Below are positions 27,499 to 38,570 of a stretch of DNA of 64,000 nucleotides, piece by piece (the stretch's first letter is position 1; each line of letters starts with the position of its first letter). Location: the NCBI GenBank assembly GCA_963850005.1, contig CAWKJG010000001.1:351523-415522 (forward strand). The letters run 5' to 3'. This DNA is from an uncultured Alphaproteobacteria bacterium. GTDB lineage: Bacteria; Pseudomonadota; Alphaproteobacteria; Sphingomonadales; Sphingomonadaceae. The position numbers and the translations under genes were made by a program. The notes under the pieces were generated by a model. The model was given only the letters and a program-made list of their open reading frames with translations. It had not been told where the DNA came from and made no database searches.

Positions 27499-30400
27499 TC
27501 ACTTATCTCGGTGTTTTGCTGGTTTGCTCCGTCGACCCTGTCTTGCAGCTGCTGATGTAGCGTTTTTATCTAGGCTCTTGGGTTCAGTCCTCAATTCGAA
27601 CTTGGGCTCAGGCCCGATCGTCAACCCCCCAATGGTCTGCAGGAACTTTCCGAGACGGGCATAGCTCAAGCGAACATGGGGCAGCGTCGGGCCGGGGAAG
27701 CGTGCGCGGAGGTAAGACCCCATATTGGCCTGATCTAACGGGCGGCCTCGTGTCTCGGCGAGGCGTACCTTGTCGAGAATGTCTTCCCGCAAAACGTCGA
27801 TGAGAGACTGGTCAATTGAAGATTTGTCTTGGCCCGCGACGCGCATTGCATCGGCCAAGGCCTTACGCCGATCCTTTCGATTGACGCTTGTGGTCGGTGC
27901 TTTTGCGGAGGCCGTAACACTGACCGGACCCTGTCGTTTGGCGGACGCCGACGCCTTCGTCGAAACCGCCCGTTTGTTCGGCGTCTGCGGAGGCTTCGCC
28001 TCATGCCGGCTATTAGCCGGTTTAGACTTTCGCGCCGGGTCGGTCGCGGCAGGACCGGAGCTTTTGTCGGAAGCGGCTTTAGTGCGCGGCCCGGACTGGG
28101 GATTTATGCGAGGGGGAAGCGGCAAACGTCCTAGAATAGGCTCATTAGAAAGAACGGCGCGAGCCCCTGCCCCTCCGCCCCGCACGGCGAGGCCATCTAT
28201 ATGGTTCACGAGATCTCGAATGTTCTTAGCCCCAAGCGACTGAAGCAAGGGAGTGACCGTACGGAAGTGCGTTTCAAGCTCCGTCCGGAGCCGATCGAGC
28301 GCGACCCCATCGACACGCGAGTTGGCGACGGTGGCCAGCAGATAATCCGTTACGGCAACCTCGAGACGGTCTTCGGCCAGTGGCCCTAGGGGCGTTAGGA
28401 CTTTCACGTCGAGACCGATGATCCCCCGCGCCACACCCCCTTTTTCGTTTTTGCTAGGACTGAAGGTCACGAGTGGGCCCGCGGCGGTGCATGCCTTTCT
28501 GTGGTTTGGGTGAACCAGCTCGCGGTTGAACCAATAGCTTTCGCCGTCGGGCGTCTCGACGAAACCGAAGTTCTTCTGAGCATCGAACATGACGATCTTG
28601 CCGTAGGAGCGCGGTACTCCTTGCGGTTGCACGTCGGCGACGATTTCAGGTGGCGGGTTTTTCGGCTGAAGTTTTCGAGCCTTGCCGCGCCCCCGGACCT
28701 CGAAGTCGCCGCCGGCTGTCACTACTGCGGCTAGGTCTTTGATGCCTAAAAGTTCGGCCGCTCCCGACGCTTTCATCAATGCGTCGAGCCGGTTCTCCAA
28801 CTCCTCGACAGTGATCGAGGCTCCTATCCTAGCCTTTGCGCGCGCCAATTCTCTGACGAAGCGAAGCGCGCGCACTTCGCGTAGCTTCCTGGCTCGTTCG
28901 GTCTTCAAGTTGGCGGGGGCGGGCGTCTCCTCCACTTCGATGGTAACCGAGCCGGGCTCGATTTGCGTCGGCTTTGCCCGATCCGCATTTGCCACGTGTC
29001 CCGCTTTGACCGACCAGGCACGGAGCCCGCCAGGGCTGAATCCGAGGAAGAAGTGGACTCGCGTATTCTCGTTTCTGTGGGCCGAGAATGTCTTCCCCGG
29101 AACGAAGAAAGCGCGCACCTTACCGCCGATCAGGATCGTGCCCGCTTGCGGACCGTTCACGCGATCGACGATACCGTTGACCGGGCGCAGGCTGCCGGGA
29201 GATTTGAAGAAATTTTTCTCATTGCTCCAGCCTCCCAGGTCGTCCTCGGAAACGAGTCCGGAACCATCCTGGGATCCGCCGCACCACAAAGCGGACGCAT
29301 TCTTGCGACCGACGTGCCGCCGGGTGCAATTCTCGAGAGCCTGCTCGTATTTGCTCGTATCGTCCGTGCGGCGGGCGAACCAGAGCATGAAGTGTAGCAC
29401 GTAACTGTAATAGTAAGAGCGCCACGAAGGGAAACGCTTCGCCCAGAGCGCGAGCTGCGCAAGAGCTTCATCGGCGTCGAACTCTGGCAAGAGTATATAA
29501 GCATTGAACCACAAGCGATAATCGTCGTCTCTGCGGTCGCCCTCCCGCAAATTCTCTTCCATGAGCTGTACGATGCGCCGCAACTCAGGAAGCTGAAGCC
29601 CGGCCCATCGCCGCTTGTTTCTTACAAAATAAGCGTTCGCAAGGGCCCGCCGGCTTCGGGCGCCGCTCGCTACCGAGGCAGTAGCAAGCTCCCAAATCTC
29701 CACGACGCTATCGAGATCGCCATAGAGCTGATCCAGATCGGCTTCGCAGGCGAGAAGGTACTGGTTTGAAGTATCGAGGGTGCCGTAGAGCTGAGTTGCA
29801 TCGCGCAGCAGTTGCTCTGCCAGCGACAGATTTTCCGTAAGCCAGTTTCCTATGGGGCCGTCATCGAGTCCGACCCGGGCGATCGTGTCTTCCTTCACCG
29901 ACAGCTTGAGGCGTTGTGCTGCGCTGACTATCATTTGGATGTGCGTAATGTAGCCATAGACGTCGTCGGCACTAAGCAGGCGTGTTTGCTCAAATTCGGC
30001 GGCTGCGCGATCGAACAGGGGGTTCAGAGCCGAAAAAATGCTGGCTATGTCCGAATCACGAGAGAGTGACTTGAGAGTTTGGCGAAGTCGCGATCGTAAA
30101 ACCAGTCCGAAGGTGTGGTGATGCAGCGGATCGTCCTGGTCGAGCGCAATCGCACGCTCGAGATACTCTTCTGCCTTCTCGTAATCACGGTCTACTCGGT
30201 ATACTTGGTGCCTGCCGAGGTGACTCCAAAAGTGCGATACTTCTGGACTTTCCTGAGCCAGGTATTCGAGAACCGCGTGTCCGAGGGAAGGGTCTAACGA
30301 GTCCAGCTCTTCGATGATGGGCGCAAAATCCTGGCGATCTTCGGCGCCATCCGCGCTCCACATCCTATCGACGAACATCTGCCGGAACAGAGTTCGCATT

Positions 30401-33326
30401 GCCTCAGGCCCAGCAGCGGCAACGGTGTCTCTTATGAACGAGATACTATAAGGCTTAAGGTCGAGCCGCCACTCGTCCGGCGCGCCGCCTTGAAAATGGG
30501 TCAGCACCTTTTCGGCAATGATCTGGTGCATGAACCGGACGCCGCCGCCGCGGGTGATGAGCAGACGGGCCGGGCCGTCTCCCAGGATATCGGCGATAGG
30601 AAGCTCGCTGGTGGGATCAACGTCCATCAAGACTTTTACGAGCGGCACGGGAAGGCCCCCGTTCGAAAAGATCGTGACGATGGCGAGGTGCTCGAGCAGG
30701 TTTCGAATCTCGATGCGTACACCGGCCACGTGTCTTTCGACGATATTTGTCGATCCCGATGAAATCGTGCTCGAAAGTGATGAGGCCAAAGAAGAAGGGG
30801 ACCCGATAACGCTCGAGCGTTTTTTGCTCGGCTATTTTCGTGAGCTCTTTTCTCCGACGTTGATCGGAAGTGAGGCTCTTATAGGCCTTCAGAAAGCCCT
30901 GTGTCTCGGTGTTACTCAAAGAACTGATTAGATCAAGAGGATTACCTTTTGACGCGCCGAAAGTGCGCCGCAGATACAGGAGGACCACCCGACAGTTGTG
31001 TTGGGCAAGATAGCGGTGCAGCTCCTCGCGAGCAGTCTCCGTAAGGTCGGCCCCCTCAGCCAGCAGGAGTACGGGTCTTTCCGCAAACTGAAACAGTTCT
31101 CGAATGCGTTCCGGGAGCGCATCTGAGTATTTGTGGAGCACGGCCACCGGGTGACGGGTGCGAAGGTCCCACACGGCGCGCAGAGCGGCCGTGGTGCCGC
31201 CGGCCCCGGGCGTGTGCTCCAGTACGACCGTATTGTTTCGGTGCGCGTCCAACCGTTCCTCGAGGATGCGCAAAAGCTCGGTGTGACCTTCGCGCTCGAT
31301 GTCAATTCCGGCATGCAGTTCCGCCCAGGTCGGTGGCCGCCCTCGCCAGAACTCCGACGTCAGCTCTGGAGAAGGTTCCGGTTGCTCGTCGAGAATTGCG
31401 GAGTGCAGGACGTGCAAATTCTCTTGGATCGTTCTGAGCAGCTCGACAGGGAGGGTCCGGGTCTCGCCTTCTGGCCCGGGAACTTGAGCTTCACGAGCCG
31501 AGAAAGCGGTGCCGAAAGTCGCCAGGACATGAGCGACGAATGCGCTCGGCTCGAGCGGTACACAGGAGAGTCGCGTTGCGGTTTCGCTTATGGCCCGATC
31601 ACCAAGCAAATGGATTATCGCGCGTCCGCGAGTCGCCTCGTCGATAACTCCAATAATTCTCCCGATGCGGGCTCCAGGCGAGGAAGAATCGAGGGTGGCG
31701 CCGGGTAGCACGATTGCGTGGATGGGCTCCGGGCTCGTTGCATCTGCGATTGATCGGACAAAGTCCCGCACGACCGAGGCACGTTCCCACCGCCAGGCGT
31801 GATAATCGGGGAAATACTCGCTTTTCGCCGACCATCCCCCTGCCATCATCCATCCGGTGCCCCTTTTGAAGTCGACCACCGGTGGGTTTGACGTGAACAG
31901 GTGGATAGCTCTTCGAAGAGCCAAAAGCGGCGCTGCTTCCCTATGGAGACCATCGTTGTCCGACGCTGGATCAAGGTCAATGACAGCCGTCCAAGGCAGT
32001 TGTCCCAAAGCTCGCACATCAACTTTAAGCCGCTCTGCAACAAGAATAAACTTTGCGCGGGCGGGGTCGAAATCCACTCGTGGCTTGCCACAGCTCATTC
32101 CACAATTCGTCGTCGCCCCGCTCGGCCGCGGTGGCCTTTTTCGACTTGCTGGTGAGCGAGGCCCAAAGCGCGGGCTCATGGTCTTGCAGATACCTGCGGG
32201 CTGCCCAGCCTGCGTAGCAAAGAGCGGCGATGCGCCAGGAGTCCCTGATCGGCTTGTTCGCCCAATTGATGCCGGCCGCTACTCGGCAGAGAGCAAACTG
32301 TCGATCGATTTGGTCTGCGCGATGAGGCTGTGCTTGCGTGCGCCACCGGAGCAGCGCAGCCCGCATGTCCTCAATGACGGATTTGGTCCAAAATGCGCGT
32401 CCAGGCGGCGGGTGAGGGTCGTCTGGATCTTCGGCGGCTCTCAATGCGCCGATAAGAAATGCGGGGTCCTCGTCACCGAGCGCAGCCAGCGCATGTGACA
32501 GCTCCAGGTAGGCGGCGTCGTAGCCGACGACCCCTTCTCGAGCGAGCGCGAAGTCGATCACATAGAAAGGGTGCTCACCAGGCCGAGCCCGGTGCAGCAA
32601 GATATTCCCTCCATGTAAATCGCCGTGAACCAGGCCGCGAAGTGTCGGTGCCGATTCCAGGTTCTGCTCACCGAGCAATCCCACGAACCTCAGGGGGTTG
32701 ATCAGTACCTCACCGCCTTCGATAAAGAGAAGCTCAGCGCAATAACCGGCGACGAACTGATGCAGTCGCGGTGCGTCGGTGTCGGTGAGCCGGTATCCGC
32801 AAAGATCCAGCATGAGATCGGCGGGGGTCGTATCTACCCCGGGCTCGGGGTCCGCCCAGGCAAATAAAAGTGCCTCCGTGATCGACCCGGCGCACTTTTG
32901 AAAGTTACCATCCTCCCGTTCATCGGCTGGGGCGAAGCGGTCGAGGCTTCCTCCTGCAATCTCGAACAGCATCGCGTAACCGCGCTCCCGCACAGCCGCA
33001 AATTCTTGCGGAAAGGAGGCGATCAGCGGCGGCAGATGCTCTTTCGCGAACTCGGGATTTCTTTCGAAAGACCGCGAATGTGCTTGGAATTCTGGTGCGT
33101 CGTCAGGCCAAGGGGATGGCGGGCTCAGCTTCAGAATGTGGACCCCTGGCGCAATTTTATCCTTCGAGTGTCTTACGTCCGCTTTGAAGAGGGTCGAACC
33201 GGAGTAGCCTCCGCTCAGTGGATTTAGCTGGACGGTCGCCCCGGGTGCCCATTCGCTAAAAGCGTCGACCACAAGCGCCTTGAGTTTGTCATCATCCGGA
33301 AGCCCGGTGATCATAGATTCCCCCAT
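27499..33326 (-). CDS. ~1940-aa kinase + SAMD9-like (SIR2-like, STAND, TPR, OB) + CSD/OST-HTH protein; +1 frameshifts at ~32071 and ~30743
   Basis: GGYSGS, ILK, HGDLHGGNIL, IDFAL kinase motifs; WTAVIDLDPAS, WRWERASVVR, EFWRG...W, HTPGAGGTT, PVLLL SAMD9-type motifs; TPRs; CSD YGKIVMFD..KNFGFV; removing 2 bases gives one 1941-aa ORF. Confidence 0.82.
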
Positions 33327-34021
33327 ACCGGATTGCTTCCGGGACTGATCACCCACTCGTTTATGGGGGTGAGGGTCAATGATTCGCCACGGGGCGGCTG
33401 AATACAAGGGAAAAACAGCTAATCGCGAAAGCAAGCGCTAGTGCATCGTGACTTGTATGAAGGAGGTGCAGTGCCTTTATGAAATGTGGGCCCGGTCTCT
33501 TGGCCTTTAAACGAATTACTTTTCGCCTCGGATCACGATAGCCAGCGGCGTTGTGAGGTTTTTCAATCGATCGAGCTGGGCTCCGGACGAGGTGACAACC
33601 GCTCTGTCCGCCTCGCGGCTGGTTTGAGGTGATGTAGCCGAGTAGAACGGTCCATCATGGCATCGTCACCTTTGCACGGGGCACTCGCTGTAAAAGCCCA
33701 CCGCCAGCCTGGCTTGCCTAGGGGCCAACACAAGCGTAGTTTCCGCTCGCCGTCGGAGTCTTGAACAGCTTTGGCGGTGCACCACGCGTGCCGAGCACGG
33801 TCCGCTCATGTCGGGCGGCCCACGAAATACAATAGCCTCACGGCGAATACGTGGGGCGACCTGCCTCGTGCTCGGTCGTGTTCAACCACCCGGCTCCCGG
33901 GTGGCGGTGCTGAGCACGGGGCTGGAGCGCGCTTCAATACACGGCTCTCTCTCGTCCCCATTCGCCCCGCATTCGGGGAGACGCCGTCGGCTGCCCGCCG
34001 TCGGCCAGCGAGGGACCGTGG

Positions 34022-34681
34022 ATGAGGATGATCGCAATATTTATCGGAGGGGCTACCGCCGGGGCCGCTGCTGCACAGGCGCCTGTGACGATGCCGACGA
34101 CGAGCGTCAACGCGCAGTGGAAGGTAGCCGGCGTAGGGCTGGGCATGACGCCTCGAGAGGTGGGCGCAGCGCTGAAAACGACCGGCTACTCGCTCGATTA
34201 CCGGTATATGGGCCGATCTTGGCAGGGCGAAGTGGCGAATAAGGTTTCCAACCTGCGCGGGATCCGCATCCCTGACGGCGCGCAGGTGGTCCGGAAAGAG
34301 GATTATCGGAAGGGCCAGGAATTCATCCAGGTCGATTATGCGGGCGGCCCGGCGGGCCCCTATGTTTACCGCGTCATCTACTCGATCAGTGAGAACGCGA
34401 TCGACGCTGAGCAATTCAGGGCGGCTGCGCTCGGCCGCTACGGCCGGCCGTCGCTCAAATGGGACACGGAGAGCTTATATTGCGCGGCGGGTGAGCCTGT
34501 CTGCGAGCGTACGGGGTCGCTCGGCACAAATCAGCTCCCGAACCTCACCGTCTACATATTGGGGATACGAGGGCGAAGCCTCGAGCTGCGCCAGGGCGAG
34601 CGGGCGGAGAAGGCCTATGAAGCAGCGGTGAAAGCTGAGGCCGAGCGGCTCTATCCGAAGAAGGACCAGCCGTCGTTTTGA
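34022..34681 (+). CDS. secreted hypothetical protein
   Basis: Signal peptide MRMIAIFIGGATAGAAAAQA; VAGVGLGMTP.EV motif; RBS upstream. Confidence 0.7.
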   Translation: MRMIAIFIGGATAGAAAAQAPVTMPTTSVNAQWKVAGVGLGMTPREVGAALKTTGYSLDYRYMGRSWQGEVANKVSNLRGIRIPDGAQVVRKEDYRKGQEFIQVDYAGGPAGPYVYRVIYSISENAIDAEQFRAAALGRYGRPSLKWDTESLYCAAGEPVCERTGSLGTNQLPNLTVYILGIRGRSLELRQGERAEKAYEAAVKAEAERLYPKKDQPSF

Positions 34682-34771
34682 GGCTCGGTGGACGTGCTCA
34701 CCGGGCGTGATCGAACCGGGAGCGCGCGAACCGGGGTTGCCCCCGCCGACACCCTACTCTCGGGCGGGGGC

Positions 34772-34808
34772 GGGGCCGGAGCGTGTTAACACAGGGGCTC
34801 CGGCCCCC
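34772..34808. terminator. GC-rich hairpin between convergent genes
   Basis: ggggccggagc...gctccggcccc. Confidence 0.5.
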
Positions 34809-35889
34809 TTAATTCATCGCTGTCCTGGATGGCTGCTTTGCGAATGCCGCGGAGCTCGTCGTTGAAATCTTCGAACTCGGCGGCGGGAAAGATGGGTTTG
34901 ACCTCGAGCCCCTGGGACTCAAAGGCCTCGCAAGCGTCCTGTGCCGCCTTGTAGCCTGCAGGGTTGTTGTCGCCGGCGACGAGGATACGCTTTACGCCGG
35001 GCGGGAACTGGATGAAGGGCATGTTCCCGGATCCGAGCGCAACCCAGACGGATGCCCCTTCAAGAGTCTGGTACAGCGTAAGGCCGTCCTCGGGGCCTTC
35101 GCACACCACCAATTCGGAGGCTACCGGCCCAAGGCGCAGGGCGCCGCCCTTGATGGCGCCCAGGCTGAGCTTCGGCCGGGGCAGGGCGGCGCGAGTACCG
35201 TTGGGCGCTAGGAAGATGCGCTGGACGCCGGCGACGCGGCCCTGGAGGTCTTGGCAGGCGGCGATCAGCGCCGGGCAGGTCCGGCTCTTCCGGCCGGTCG
35301 AAAGGTCGATCCAGATCGGCACAATGCCGAAGCGCAACGTGGACGGGAGCTCGCATGTGATTCCCCGGCCCCGCAGGTACCTCTCGGCTGGAGTGCCTTC
35401 GATCGCTTTCCCGCCATTCCACTGGCACCGGGCGTAAGCGCCGGCGAGCGCGCGTTTCGCGCGGTCGAGCTTTCTGGCTCGCTCGCGTTCGTAGGGGATC
35501 GTGAGGGCGGGAATGGCACCCGAGATGTAACGGACGGCGTCGACGAAGCCGATCCGCTGGATGGCGCGGACGAAGTCGATGACGTCTCCGCTGGCCCGGC
35601 AGCCGTGACAATAGAAGACGCCGAGCTCATCCGTGACGACGAAGCTGGGATCCGTGTCGGGGTGGAAGGGGCACAGGCCAATTCGGCTGCGGCCGGACTG
35701 TCTCAGCTCCGTGTAGCGCGAGACTATGTCGCTGAGCCGAATGCTGCTCTTCAGACGCTCGACGTCGATATTTTCGCGTCGGGGACCGGTGGTTCGGGGA
35801 TGGATAACATTCACCGCGCTCTCCTCTGGCAGGCGAACGGCTGGTTTCCTCGCCAGCCATGCGTCGGTCCGGCCAAGGAGAAGGAGCAT
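34786..35889 (-). CDS. CHC2 zinc-finger + Toprim primase-like protein
   Basis: GLCPFHPDTDPSF.V...FYCHGC; PAERYLRGRG; VCEGPEDGLT, AGDNN.AG, DFND; start may be GTG 35813. Confidence 0.88.
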   Translation of the reverse strand: MLLLLGRTDAWLARKPAVRLPEESAVNVIHPRTTGPRRENIDVERLKSSIRLSDIVSRYTELRQSGRSRIGLCPFHPDTDPSFVVTDELGVFYCHGCRASGDVIDFVRAIQRIGFVDAVRYISGAIPALTIPYERERARKLDRAKRALAGAYARCQWNGGKAIEGTPAERYLRGRGITCELPSTLRFGIVPIWIDLSTGRKSRTCPALIAACQDLQGRVAGVQRIFLAPNGTRAALPRPKLSLGAIKGGALRLGPVASELVVCEGPEDGLTLYQTLEGASVWVALGSGNMPFIQFPPGVKRILVAGDNNPAGYKAAQDACEAFESQGLEVKPIFPAAEFEDFNDELRGIRKAAIQDSDELRGPEPLC

Positions 35890-35901
35890 CGGGTCAGTAG
35901 G

Positions 35902-37677
35902 TCAGGGAGCGATCGGGTTGGAGGTAGCGGCGCTCGGTCCTGGGAGGCGGAGTTCGAGTTCGTCCACGTCGAAGTAGGTGGGCTCGGTCCAGCTTTGGAT
36001 GTCCCTTACGATGTCACCGACATGAAAGAGACGGGGGTCACCGCGGCGGTTGTAGGCCACCCGTTTGAAGCGGAGCTTTCCGGCGGCCACCAGCTGATTG
36101 GCCTCAATCGTTCGATAGGTAGCGAAGGGCCCCCACAATTGCTCTGTCATCTTGTTGAGACGTGGCAGGTCCGCGTACTTGTTGTGGACGATGTCGTGGC
36201 GAAGCTTCGCGAGAACCTGGATTTCGATGCAGTCATCTTCTGGAATGAGGAGGTCGCGGAGGGTGGGGCCAGCGGCGTATGCATCAATCGTGTGCTCGAA
36301 GACCAACCGGAAGAACTCGGCCGACGCGCCTGCGTACCGGTACAGGCTTCGCAAGCGCCGCAGGGCGGGCTTTAGATCGGTTCGGCCAGGGGGCGGGGCG
36401 GGCAGAGCGCGGATTAGGGCGGTTATGGTTCTCACCTCGTCTACGGCGAAGGCCAGCCGTCCCTGGCCTATCTTTAGGGGGGTCAGCGCTCCGGCCTCGA
36501 TCAGTGGGGTGAGAGGGGCATGCTTGTCACCGAAAAGCTCGCCGCGGACTGCTTCTTCAGAAAGCATGGTTGCGGTTGGAGCTTGCGGTTTGTCGTCGGT
36601 CTCTTGTTGCGTTCGCCGTGGGATACGACCCCTGGGACGGTATCCGATGCGGGCTTCGAGGAATTGGAGGCGCTCGGAGGTGATGAAAGGAAGCGCCTGC
36701 CCAAGCCGGTCCTGGAGCCGCCGCACGGCAAAGACTCCGGCTTCGCTCGCGAAGTGCTGGAGAAGCGGTAACACACTTTCGGGTGCGGGAAATTTGTCGA
36801 CAAGTCCTTCCAGGATCGAGTGGTAGGCGGAGGGCCACTCTCCTAGAATTCCGAAGGCGGCCCGGTTGATCCGGCGCGCCTCGTCAGAAGTGGTAGTCAC
36901 TTGGAGGAAGAGTGGCGAGTGACGCAGGCGTACGTATTGCGCGGGACGATCGCGGTCCGCGGTCTCCCTCAGCTTTCCGAGGTACAAGAGCGATGTCAGC
37001 ATCTCGTGCAATGTCGACGTATCTGGATCGAGGGCCAGGTTGCTCGTCGCTGAAATCCGATTGCTCACCGTCGGTATGTCGCTTGGCTGGCCACTTAGGC
37101 GCGCTTCAAGCCATTGCGCGATTGCGATCTCGTCATACGTTGCGGGCGTCGTCGGTCCACTCCGGAAGTCTGTGCCGCATTGTGAGCACGTCCAGGCTTC
37201 ATAGCTTCGCACGAGGCTAATCGCTCGTCCGCAGCCAGGACAGGCGTCGGACAGCTGAATCTTGTGGTCGTGGCAGGCCGTCAGAAGTCGAAGCGACCAT
37301 GCGTTGCGAACGATGCCGGTCGTAACGAGGCAGGGTCGGCAGATCTGGATCGTCTTCAGGTAGAGAAAGCTGTCGTGGATTTCGTGTTCTAAGAAGGAAA
37401 CCCAGCGCCGTGATCGCGCGGAGACCGGTCGCCACATCATCGGGGAGAACATGTCGACGGGAACGCCCAAGCCTTGCGCCAGGCAAGTCCAGGCTTCCAG
37501 CGAGCTACGAGGCGAGATCCGGCGAATGCCGAACATGACCCGGAAGTCGCTTAGGAGCAGCCCGTTGGCCTCGGCCAGCCTTCTAAAATAGCCCGAGGCA
37601 TGTTCTCCCGGAGCGGGTAGGGGCACCCGCGCCAGACCCGGTGTCGGCGATCTGGCGGCTTGAAGGCTCACAACCAC
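35902..37677 (-). CDS. tniQ: TniQ/TnsD target-selector protein (591 aa)
   Basis: P.PGEHASGYFRRLAEANG; CRPC, W...C..H, CPGC, CSQC Zn motifs; long C-terminal extension as in sequence-specific TnsD. Confidence 0.9.
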   Translation of the reverse strand: MVVSLQAARSPTPGLARVPLPAPGEHASGYFRRLAEANGLLLSDFRVMFGIRRISPRSSLEAWTCLAQGLGVPVDMFSPMMWRPVSARSRRWVSFLEHEIHDSFLYLKTIQICRPCLVTTGIVRNAWSLRLLTACHDHKIQLSDACPGCGRAISLVRSYEAWTCSQCGTDFRSGPTTPATYDEIAIAQWLEARLSGQPSDIPTVSNRISATSNLALDPDTSTLHEMLTSLLYLGKLRETADRDRPAQYVRLRHSPLFLQVTTTSDEARRINRAAFGILGEWPSAYHSILEGLVDKFPAPESVLPLLQHFASEAGVFAVRRLQDRLGQALPFITSERLQFLEARIGYRPRGRIPRRTQQETDDKPQAPTATMLSEEAVRGELFGDKHAPLTPLIEAGALTPLKIGQGRLAFAVDEVRTITALIRALPAPPPGRTDLKPALRRLRSLYRYAGASAEFFRLVFEHTIDAYAAGPTLRDLLIPEDDCIEIQVLAKLRHDIVHNKYADLPRLNKMTEQLWGPFATYRTIEANQLVAAGKLRFKRVAYNRRGDPRLFHVGDIVRDIQSWTEPTYFDVDELELRLPGPSAATSNPIAP

Positions 37678-38570
37678 TCCTCGAACGGATTTTCGGCGAT
37701 CTGGCCGACCTTGTCATAGGCGCGGGCGAAGTCGCGATCGCGGATGCATCCTGCATTTTCCTCGATCGCGAAGTCCGCCGCTCGCCGCAGGAAGATGCAG
37801 AAAGGTCGTAGCACTCCGCCGCTTGCCATGTGGAGGCGCCGGGCTCGGTCTGGATCGGCAAGGTGAGCGAGGTGGTCGAACGGGAGGTTGCGGTCGAGCT
37901 CGGCGAGGAAGTCGCGGAAGTCCTTCTTCTCGTCTGCTGTCTTGTAGCCGTATCGTGGAAGTTCGAAGCGATACGGTGTGAGCTGATCTACTTGGTCGTC
38001 CGCGCTGACGATTTCGTTGATCAACTCCATGCCTGCCAGGAGAGCGGGGATCGTTGTTTGCTTGGTCAGATATTTGATCCAGTCGCGAGTGGCGGTGCGG
38101 GTCTTTTCGGCGCCCTTCTCTAAGACATGCTGGAAATCGTCGAAGATCATCAGCTCGACGCCCTGCAGAAACAATTGCTCGGGCAGGATGCCGTATCTGG
38201 CGCGTCTGCCTTGGGGTGCGGCGGGTCCCAAGAGCGCTCGAAGGGTGAGGTCTCCTGCGTCCCCGAGGCTCATGGATTCTGGAAAGGCAACGTACAGCAC
38301 GGGTCGTTTTCGGACGATGCAGCCGTCCTCGATAGCCTGAGTGACAGGCTCGCCGGCGACGTAGTTTTTTAGGATGGAAGACTTTCCAACTCCGGCGCCG
38401 CCGACAAAGGTGATGGAAGTTGGTTCGGCACCCTCGCGCATATTCCGGCGTACGAGGTCCATGGTGGCGATGAGTTCGTCGCACAGAGCGCGCGGGATGA
38501 AGGTTTCGTTGAGGATCGTTCGTCGTTCCGACGGGTCCCTGTCCATCCACAGCCTGGGGCGAGTGCTCAT
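37668..38570 (-). CDS. tnsC: TnsC/TniB AAA+ ATPase
   Basis: Walker A GGAGVGKS, Walker B LMIFDDFQH, LLAG, SGGVLR; TGATG coupling to tnsB. Confidence 0.92.
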   Translation of the reverse strand: MSTRPRLWMDRDPSERRTILNETFIPRALCDELIATMDLVRRNMREGAEPTSITFVGGAGVGKSSILKNYVAGEPVTQAIEDGCIVRKRPVLYVAFPESMSLGDAGDLTLRALLGPAAPQGRRARYGILPEQLFLQGVELMIFDDFQHVLEKGAEKTRTATRDWIKYLTKQTTIPALLAGMELINEIVSADDQVDQLTPYRFELPRYGYKTADEKKDFRDFLAELDRNLPFDHLAHLADPDRARRLHMASGGVLRPFCIFLRRAADFAIEENAGCIRDRDFARAYDKVGQIAENPFEEWL

